From Ostrea edulis (taxonomy: Eukaryota), in NCBI RefSeq assembly GCF_947568905.1, contig NC_079166.1:70308001-70372000 (forward strand): a stretch of 64,000 bases of DNA. Direction: 5' to 3'. Shown piece after piece: positions 51,347-61,600 of the stretch (its first letter is position 1; each line of letters begins with the position of its first letter). The position numbers and the translations under genes were made by a program. Below the pieces are notes generated by a model. It did no database searches and was not told the origin of the DNA. It saw only the letters and a program-made list of their open reading frames with translations.

Positions 51347-52224
51347 ACATCTGTTTCATACTTATGTGCTTAATTGAAATTAAATGTTAACGGCAAACTA
51401 ACAACTCAACGGGATAACTTCAGCTTTTCCATCGTCAACTTTTAATATTTATGTAGCAGTATTCCATCATCAACTTCAAATGGTGTTTAGAGCTTGTTCT
51501 GTGTATGGTCAGTTTTTAAATTGAGGTAGGTTACTGACAAACAACTTGACGTTACAGGGGTTTCAACAGTTTCGTTTAAGTCGGCATTTCGCAAATTCTA
51601 TGGTCGTTATACCGATTTAATTTGCCATTGCAACCTGTCATTGGGTCAAGTGCTGTCTGACGTGTTTCATACCAATTGTTAGGCTATTTTACACACTGCT
51701 TTTGACTACAGATTACTCCGTTTACCTGATTAAGATATAAGGCTCACAGGGGGTATGGCCGGTCGACAAGGGATGCTTACTCACAGTCACCTGATCCCAC
51801 TTCTGGTGTGTCCAGGGGTCCGTGGTTACCCAACTCTTGATTTTGCATTCCTTATAGGAGTTGTGAGGTTGATCACTGTTCGTTTTCTTCACCTTTTCGC
51901 ACACAGTAATTTGTTCTGTTGTTTCATGACACTATCATTCCAATAATTTTAAGCGCGTCACCTCGCTTGATCGAGAATGTAAATGCCACTCACTGATTGG
52001 ACATGTGGTTTCAATAAATTTTGATTTTGACTACGGATAACTTCGTTTACCTGATCAAGATAGGGGCTAACGGTGGGTGTGACCGATCAACAGGGGATGC
52101 TTACTCTTTTTAGGCACCTGATCCCAGCTCTGGTATATCCAGGGGTCCATGTTTTGCCAAACTCTCTATTTTGTATTACTTATAGGAGTTATGAGATTGA
52201 TCACTGTTCGTTATCTTCACCTTT
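51347..52224 (+). mobile_element. Decayed Penelope-like retroelement 3' end: RT C-terminus plus a duplicated ~200-bp terminal repeat
   Basis: Broken frames give NGKLTTQ..DNFSFSIVNF*YLCSSIP..GV and, across a frameshift, LTLQGFQQFRL/SAFRKFYGRYTDLICH..LSDVFHTNC* (TAG at 51680). Two copies of TTGACTAC..CTTCACCTTT follow (51701-51898, 52027-52224), and a third fragment lies at 26156-26199. Confidence 0.7.
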
Positions 52225-53133
52225 TATAGAGAATACTGAGATGTGCAAAATACTTGAAAGTACCTGAGACAAGAATTCAGTAAAACGGTAGTTAAAGAAT
52301 ATGCAAAATGTAGCACTTTAAACAATTTAACAAAAATAAGATGAAAATAAAGAGATTTAACCTCACTAGACAAACTGAACAAACCACATCTGATATACGA
52401 CAGCAACTGTTTTGTATTCTTAGAAGATAGGATACAGGGTTTCTTAGAAATATTAATATGGAATGTACCGGTCCCAACCCCCAATAAATATTGACCGGTC
52501 CCTTACCTAGAAGTTACATGTACTACCGTCACTTGCATGAATCAGTTTTTTTTGTAAAATTCTGTGAAGTGGTCTCAGGCAGAGCAGTTATGCTGACCGG
52601 AACAGGATTGGCGGAGGCAAACATTTCTATGTTCAAAGGGAGCATATATAACTTCCAGAACAAAAATCAAATCGAAATCCACATCTACACAGTATGTCCT
52701 TATGAACTACAAAGTTTCATGAAATTCTGTTCATCGGCTTTAGATGAGTAGCGCCGATACGAACATGACTGACGGGTCAAAATCATTATACACTCCGCAG
52801 CTCGTTGCATGGAGGTATAATGAGGGTCTCTAGCATCGTTTAATTATAAATTTAAAACCTAAATCAATGTAGGTATATGTGCCTAGAATCAAAATAGTGT
52901 TTAACAAAGTAATATTTTATATGAGTGATCACGTGATATAAATATTTAATTATGAGGTTGAGAAAACTATGTTCTCTGACAGTAGAATGCATGCTAACTG
53001 AAGTACCCATGTGACTTGCTATCTGACCATTTAACTAAATGAATTGAATTGCATTATGGGTTAGTTTGAAAATGCTATGTGGAGTTTACGTTAGAAAAAT
53101 GTCCACATTTTTTGTATCGCTCTCTGAAATTCA

Positions 53134-53172
<39 letters not shown>

Positions 53173-53194
53173 CCGTATCCATATATTTGCACAG

Positions 53195-55125
53195 AAAACC
53201 TTAGTCCCTATCGTGGCCCCAATCCCCAACCTATCCCTGGAGGCCATGATTTTTAAAAAACTTGAATCTGCACTATGTCAGAAAACTTTCATGTATTTAA
53301 ATGTCAACTTCATTGGTTCTTGAGAAGAAGATTTTAAAGATTTTCCCTATATATTTCTATGTAAAACTTTGATCCCCTATTGTTGCCCCAATCTACCCCC
53401 GGGGGCATGATTTTATCAAACTTTAATTTGCACTATGTCAGGATGTCAGCTCTTCTGGCTCATTGGTTCTTGAGAGGAATATTTTTAAAGATTTTTCCGA
53501 TATATCTTTGTATGAAAAACTTTGATCCACTATTATGGCCCCATCCTACCCCCGGGGGCCATGATTTGGACAAACTTAAATCTGTACTATGTCAGAAAGC
53601 TTTCAAGGAATTCTCAGCTCTTCTGGCTCATTGGTTCTTGACAAGAAGATTTTAAAAGATTTTTCCAATATATTTGTATGTAAAACTTTGATCCCCAATT
53701 GTGGCCCAATCCTACCCCCGGGGGCCATGATGTTAACAAACTTGAATCTGCACTATGTCAGGAAACTGTCTTGTCAATTTCAGCTCTTCTGGCCCAGTGG
53801 TTCTTGAGAAGATTTTTAAATGACCCCACCCTATTTTTTGCATTTTTGTGATTATTTCCCCTTTGAAGGGAGCATGACCCCTCATTTAAACAAACTTGAA
53901 AGCCCTTCACCCAAGGATGCTTCTGGCCAAGTTTGATTATAATTCAGGGGCGTCGGCAAGTATTTGACACTGGAGAAACGAACTGGATCAAAAAGAGGGG
54001 TCTATAACTACATGTAACATATTTTGACTTAAATTCAGATTACCACCTGAATCTTGATATACCCTTTCCCCCATTCTGTCAATGTCGTAAAGACACCACC
54101 TGGAATACTTATAAGCCAGATCCCAGTATCATGTAACAACTCAGACTTCATTATTTTTTAACTGAAACTCTTAATGTGCAGACACTAGAAATTGAAGAAG
54201 CAATATTGAATAACAATTTCATCCATTTTGGAATCATTGACTTGTCAATCATTTTATCGCAATATTCAGATTTTGAATTAAGCTTACCTGAAACAATACA
54301 TGTAATAAATCAGATTTGTTTCCTTTTAAAATATCATAGAGTAGACATAATGTAATATTTTGATACTTCGTCATAATGTGACCATTCGTACCATACAGAA
54401 CGTATGGAACCAAGAGGTGTTGAAAGAACGCAATTCTGGATTCCTCTTGCCGAGACAAGGAAATTAAGATAAACAGGTTTATTGATACTTGTTAATCCAT
54501 CCATTTTTTTAAATTGAAATGCAGGAATATGTGTGACAAAGGTAAAAGAAAAAAAAATATCTCAACAAGTTGTTTTAGACGTTAAATTTTAACTAATTTT
54601 CAGTATTTTCCTTTGAGTTATAAATATGCTCATACATTCCTAATATTTTTCGATAATTTTCTATCTAATTACTTACAACCTAATATCATTATAGCTTCCA
54701 AATATCGATCGACCAATGAACAATTTGTAGCACACCCGCACTTACAGCAAGGAAGTCCCTTTTATTGTTTACACTCGCCAGGGGCCAGGTACAGGTATAC
54801 ATACATACATACATACATGTACATCCCATTTGGTATGTGTAGTTAGCTTTCACACTTGGAGCTCCATTGACCACAGATCGCCGTTATACTCGCCGCTCTG
54901 GACAATGAGTAGATATCGTCGTTAAAAATCTTTAATTTTGTATTTTGTTTTTATTTATTTTTATTCATTTTATTTTATTTCATTTTTTGCAAAATTATTG
55001 GGGCGGCGACCGCCACCCCTTTGCAGACGCGGTCCAGTGGTTCTGGAAAAGAAGTCATAACATGTAAAAAGTTTACAGACAAACAGACGACGGACAACAG
55101 GCGATCAGAAAAGCTCACTTCAGAT
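53195..55125 (+). mobile_element. Cg170-carrying Helentron/pearl element interrupted by a 1.09-kb insertion
   Basis: About 4 ~170-bp units at 53195-53820. The 3' module AAGTTTGATTATAATT (to 53944) resumes as GGTCCAGTGGTTCTGG at 55031 and ends AGAAAAGCTCACTT. The insert is 53945-55030. Confidence 0.8.
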
Positions 55126-55219
55126 AACCCACCCCACACAATGAAAAAAAATAAACATAGAACCAAGAAATCACATATTTTGGATAAATCGTTCGTTCTG
55201 TATTAATTTTTTATGGGGG

Positions 55220-55433
55220 TAGCCTGGTTCCCGAGGCTTTCCGATGTGCAGGTGCTTGCACATCGAACCAGGCTAGATCATGCCAAGAAATCCCGTCCGG
55301 TCTGAATTCGTTGGCTTCAATAGGGCCATATTACATGCTGATTAATAGTAGCCGTCGCTTATCTCTTAATTGCGGTCACTGATTTATAACGGTTTTTCTA
55401 TACCGGAGATTTTGCTAAGAATTTCTTGGCATG
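55220..55433. repeat. Two adjacent small inverted-repeat units
   Basis: TAGCCTGGTTC/GAACCAGGCTA hairpin at 55220-55275 with an inner CGATGTGCA/TGCACATCG stem. CATGCCAAGAAAT/ATTTCTTGGCATG bound 55279-55433. Confidence 0.7.
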
Positions 55434-56711
55434 TCGAGTGGGTGGGTGGGTGGGTTGTATATTTTTAGGGTGTTGCTAAAACGCGGAACGGAAAATATTA
55501 TATGCAATAATGTTATGAGGAGGTCTGTATTTTGTAAAATCAAAAGGCTTATTATGAACAAGGGAAACAGAAATTACAGAGAGAACAGGAAGTCATCCTT
55601 AGAATCCACATGTATTTTAAAACGATAGATTTTGTGGATGAATGTACCAACAGGCGCTTGCTTAATATTTTGCATAGTAAGTTTTAATAAAAATATTATG
55701 CAAGCGCCTGTTGGTACGATCCTTTTCCCCGGCTTTGTCACCCCCCCCCCCCCCGATTGTGACAGTATATGTTGTTTCACAAATGAAGAAGAAAAATAAG
55801 ATAAACATACTGAAAAAGACTTGAATTTCAATTGAACCCCTTTCAAATTATATTACTTTATTCTGACTACTACCTTAATTAAGAAACGATTTTTATGAGC
55901 TTATCCAATGAATTAAAGGTACCCCCTTCCTGAAAACAACATTGTAAAAGATAAACTAATTTTTTGAACAATTTCCTCCAAAGATAGCCTATTTAAATTG
56001 AACGTGCTTTTAATCGAACTAGAGGTGTTTAAGATAACTGAATTTGAATTTAGTTCTACACCTGGTAAATAGACATTTATGTATCACATCAAATTTCAAA
56101 GCAAACGATCCGGTGTGGAAAAAGTATTTGCCTCATTTGGGATGGATTTATGTGAAAGTTCGTACATTTACCGATATCCTGCGGATTAGTGTTGAAACTG
56201 AAGAGATACGACGGGAAGGAAAGATTTAAACAGAACCAATGTAAACCAGGGTGAAGTTTACAACCCATAGTAAGAGGAAATAACAGATTTATTTCTTAGT
56301 ATACGAAATAGCTAAAAGGCTAACACAGAATTTATGCTTGAATGGAATTAAGTCATCTCATTTAATATTAATCTAAAGGTTAAGCTATATACGCGAGTAT
56401 TTAGTTTAGAAATGAACTGCCAGAAGTCCTCCCTCTTTATAGGATTGGAGTGCTGCGGTCACTAATTCTCTGTTAGTAAAAAAAATAATAAATCAAACAC
56501 AAGATGTTTAACTTGTTGACTTAAAAACATAATGAATTATTTCGTTCTTTTATATACATATCACACTCCATGTACAGACACATGCACGGTATTATGTGTA
56601 AAAACATGTGTTAATGACGTTTTACCACGGGAGGGGGGGGGGGTATATAAACCACGCGTGTTATTTTCATTCTCTACCTATAGGTGTCATTGCTCGCTAA
56701 CACCTCTGTCA

Positions 56712-56795
56712 CACAGGCACTCGACGTTTTAAATATTATGTTTACAGGAAGACAATTTTTTTTATTATAGATATTTAAAACGTCGAGTGCCTGTG
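56712..56795. mobile_element. 84-bp MITE with perfect 25-bp TIRs and an 8-bp TSD
   Basis: TIR CACAGGCACTCGACGTTTTAAATAT. CTCTGTCA is duplicated at 56704-56711 and 56796-56803. Confidence 0.95.
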
Positions 56796-57170
56796 CTCTG
56801 TCAATTATGCCGAAATTTCAAAATTCTTGTATAAAACGCTTTGTAAAATCTTATATTGTTGATTTTAATAAAATTGAATCATTTCCCCCTGATTTTTCGC
56901 GTTATCTTATCTAAATTAATCATTTTAATTTTTAAATTCCGTTCCATGTTTTAGCAACACGTACCCGTATTTTCATTGTTTCGAAGGGTGCATGCAACAC
57001 CGAGTTAGCCCGCATAGTATATCATACGTGTGTTAAAATACGTAAGAATGAGTGAAAATAGGCTAAATCATTTCATTTTTATCTGTACAGACACTGCGAC
57101 ACTCGTCGACTTGTTAGTTTAAATTGTAAATTGTCAGTTAATAAATTCGACCCGTGTACGTGCCAAATTA

Positions 57171-57180
57171 GCGCATGCGC
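57171..57180. promoter_or_regulatory. NRF1-type palindrome GCGCATGCGC
   Basis: Perfect 10-bp core in a local CpG patch ~830 bp upstream of the Mondo-like ATG. Motif match only. Confidence 0.4.
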
Positions 57181-58008
57181 GATAGCCTAGTCTGGGGAAA
57201 ACATGAAAATATAGTCCTAGATAAACAAAAGAATCCCACTGCTCTATAGCTATTTAAGTACTTTATTTGCAACTTGGAGATATTTTTAAAAAATGTCATG
57301 AACTATGTTAAAAATTCATGAGTCTCTTGAAGTTCACTATAGACAAGAACGATAGAAATATTCCCGACGTCTCAATTTTAAAAAAATTGGAATGACTAAA
57401 TTGAGAGAGAGAGAGAGAGAGATTAGGAAAGGTCGAGGGATGAGCGCGTCTGTTCTGGCCACCATATTATAAACACTCATCTACCCGCAGTAGCTTTCTT
57501 TACTTTTAAAGCACCGATTAATTTGATAAAATGCAATGGTTCACTGAACTCCCCTTTCTAGGCCTAGATCCGCCACCCAGGTGTTAGGCCAACTGGTTTC
57601 ATCCTGTTAGCCCAGTTTTAATCTCGAAGATCGTTACAAATATTCAATTGAGAGGATGGATCATTTTTTAAAGTTTTCAATTTACCTTCTATGCATAAAA
57701 TTTATAATAGAAATTCAGTAAACAAACTACAGCCTATATCGCGATCGCGGCATGTGCATCAAGTGCACGTGTTTATATTAATGCACAACAACCACAATTA
57801 TTTTATTTTAAATCAGCAAACAGGTCTACTCTTACATTTTTTACTAAAGTCACAACAATATTTTAGGATTGGAAACGTTTCACATTTTTAAAACGTCAAA
57901 ACAAAGCATTTTCATATGGATTCGAGATTATTTTCGCAATGCATTGTGGTATACCAGTATATAACATTGGCGCTCAGTGCTGAGCTGGGCCGACAAGGTG
58001 ATTTCATA

Positions 58009-58622
58009 ATGACGGGTCATTGTGATTACCAAACTGAACTGGATTTAAGTAACCTCCACAAGGAAATAACTGAAAAACTACAGGTCAGAATTTCTTTTAT
58101 AATATATTTTCAACGATTTAACAATATTCTGAAAATAACAAAACGTGCTGTCGCTTAAGTCGATGTCTGCTTCACATGTACACATTTCCACTGATTTTGT
58201 CAACTCTTCCAGATCTAGTACTTGATGATTTTAATACATTTTTACTTCATATTTCTATTACAATCCTTGTATCAAACTGTTTTACAGCATCCAAGACATC
58301 TTCATAGACATCATCATACTTCTTTACACCACACAACAGTAATTTCATTCTGAAGGTGTTTCTCTGTCGAAATCGCAACCGGCAAGAAATTGAAACGAGC
58401 TAAGCGCCGTTTATATACTGTGGTGTCACAGATCACATGGTAAAAGCATTCAAGTAATTCTGATTGGCTGATAACATTCGTGCATGTTAATCAGTTCTGT
58501 AAACGTCACAAGTATGGAGTATATGAAAAGTCACGAGGAATATTTGGGTTAACATTGTGACGTCAAAAGGTCACTGAATGAATCAAGATGGAAGGTGTTC
58601 CGAATGTTGAATTTTACTTAGT

Positions 58623-58655
<33 letters not shown>

Positions 58656-61600
58656 GTATTTAAAAGTTTCAGCATTCTGGATTCTGTTGAATTGTAACTT
58701 AATAAAGCTGCATTTTAGAATTTAGAATCTAAATGGATAGTTGTTTTCCATTAACTATATAGATGTCTGATGGTGTCAAGATAAATATGTATTGAAAATT
58801 GCATACTGTCACCCAAAACCACACAGCACGTGCACAAAATCATAGAAGATTCAGTATTTTATATATCAAGGGAGAATGTTGACCTGGTATTGGTTAATTG
58901 GGATAATAATTTGTGTGTGTGTTTGATATTGTTTTACAGAAAGCTTGCCAATGGGATTTTTGATAAAATATTCTTAGGATAAATTTGATACTTGTATGTA
59001 TTAAGCATGGACTTGCAACACTTTCAAATGTACTAATTTAATTTTTTGTGCAGGTAAATGGAAGAGTAAAAAGAAAAACCCGACACAGAGCAACAAAAAG
59101 CCCTCCCGATGTGAGTTCTCCTTCATCTCCCCAGTCACCGAGAACTCAGTCTGGTAAATGTGGGCGTCCAGCGAATCCGATCCCCAGACACAAAAGGGAC
59201 TCCCACATCAAAGCCGAATACAGGAGGAGGGATAAAATTCAGGTTTGCAACGGCTCAAATTGAATTCTGATATATATTGTAGATTTTTGGCTTTTCTCTT
59301 CACAATATATATATTTATGTAACATATATATATGGTAAGTATTGAATATGTAGCAAATCTTCATTTTTCTGGCAAGTCTTCTTTTATTAGTTTTCTTTTA
59401 AGCATGATTTTGTCTGTTATTTTTTCATGGTTATTGAATGTAGTACGACTTGCAAAAAGAAAGCCTGACCATAATTGGCCAGTGTATCCAATATTTAGGC
59501 TAGGAAATTTGGAAAAGTGCCCCCTATATCTCTTTTGATTCCAAATCAGGTAAGGTGTGTTTATAGACAGTGCAATCATTCAGGGGTAAGTTTGATTGGA
59601 TGTGTTGAGTAGTAATGTACACTTTGTACTATTTCTCACTAAAGCATCTTTATTTGCCCAAAATATGTGAAAATGTAGAACTAAGAATTTCAGGCCTTAA
59701 AAACACACAAAAAAATCTGTACAATTCACATATTGAAAGGGCAAACTTCTAGAAATGTCTTCTGTTTGAGCAATATCAAGGTATTTTATCACCCTTAAAT
59801 GAAAATGTATCCTATAGTATTGCCAGAAAAGGAGACATATCTTTGGTATTTATGTATATTTTGACTATCATGTTGAACTTTTTCTTTTTCAGAATATAGA
59901 AATTGTTATAAAGTTTGATAATTTTGTTAATCCAGTTGGTTTATATTTACAGAAAGGATTTGAAAGTTTAAGGTCATTGGTTCCCTCACTTGAAGATGTG
60001 TCAGAAAAAGAGAGCAAAGCTGTTATGCTGTTTAAAAGTAAGTATCCCCAGAACCAGAAATTAGGATACAAAGACTCTTAGTTAGAAGGGGGAGTCACTC
60101 ATGGGCACCTACTAGTGTGAGGGGATTTTTTAAGACAACACTGCTCTTTCTGTGCGTGCGCTGATTTCACTTCTGTGCTAAAGGACACTTGATGCAAACA
60201 AAAAAGTGGGATACATGGGTTGATATTTATATTTTTTGCCTTAGTTTGGTTGTAATAAGTACAAGTATAAAATTCCTTTAAAAATTTAAGGGACTTGCAA
60301 ATTTCTATGATGTTCAAAAGTTGAAATATATTACCCTTCCCTATATGATATGAATTTACTATTTTGGACTTAATTGAGAAATCAAAGGAATAAATTACAA
60401 ATACAATAAATTTTGAATTTGTTTTACATATAGAAGCATAAATATAGTTTTGATTTTCAATGTTTTTGAAAAAAATTTGTAGCAAGTGTCGTTAGGTTTT
60501 AAACAGTCTTTGAAAATTTTAAAGAACATTTGTTTTGTTATCTGTAAATTGCGAAAAAGCACAGAAAAAAGTTCATTTGAAGCCAGAGAGAGGAATGTTT
60601 GGGGCATCATATGCTAGGCTCTGTTAAGTTTAGTTTGCCCTCTTTTGTGAGGGGGCATCTAACCCCAAAATTTTGACTTGTCTCCCTCTTGTAGCTGCTG
60701 AATACTGTCGGCAACTTAAGGGCGAATGTAGGGGGCTCACCGATGAGGCGGCTGCTTTGCGGCAAGAAATCCAGTCCCTGGGTACTCAGATTCAGTAAGT
60801 CAAAAACATTTTAAATGTTTGACCATGCTCTGTATGTATGATCTCTATTCATGGTTGTATCTAACCATGATTTATACCTATATATATTTGTATATATATT
60901 CATAATAAGTGCTTACATTACTAAATCTCTATTCGTTTCTTCCAGATATTAGATATTGATGCCAAGTTGTTGGATACAAGATATGTAAACTAGTATAGAA
61001 TAATATACAGAAACTTTGCTTTCTTTTGTAGGTACAATAAATTATATTGAATGATTTATGTTTATATGTAGTTAGAATTTGTGCTGAAATGTATCTGACT
61101 AATTTTTCTTTTTGTTTCAGAAAAAGCATCAATTTGATGCACATTTTATATTATTAATGATTTGTTTTATTTTCAGGAACATTTGGTAAGATACTCGTAG
61201 ATAGCATAATGAAATATGATAATACTAATTATTCTTTTTTTAAAATTCTTAGTATGAGACTAAATGTAGAATGATGATTTGTATCTTTTGCAGGTGATAA
61301 CTTCTAGTTAATTAGCTTAGTGATCCAACAACTTGGTTTAAGGAGATATTTTCCTGCTTTGATGCCCTCATGAACAAAAAAAGAAAAATGAAATAATAGT
61401 TTGAATATGTGGAACATAACTTCAAATGGTTGAAGTTCTAAAAAAAAAATTGATTTAGATGAAAATATTTCTGTGAATAATGAAAATTCAGGGATATTCT
61501 GGAAAAAATCTCCTTATAAAACTTTTGGGGATTGAACATTTCCCATCAATTTGCAGTGGGTATTTGGAAGATGGTTTAGTCTTTAAATCCCTCTGCATTT

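Noticed and set aside
57740-57770. CATGTG and CACGTG as a possible ChoRE for autoregulation
   Set aside because: The spacing is 9 nt rather than the 5 nt of a ChoRE.
58588-58620. Alternative first coding exon of the Mondo-like gene (AAGATGG..TTA/GTGGTT)
   Set aside because: Phase-compatible, but the donor is weak and runs into homopolymers. The exon ending at 58083 has a better donor. Not excluded.
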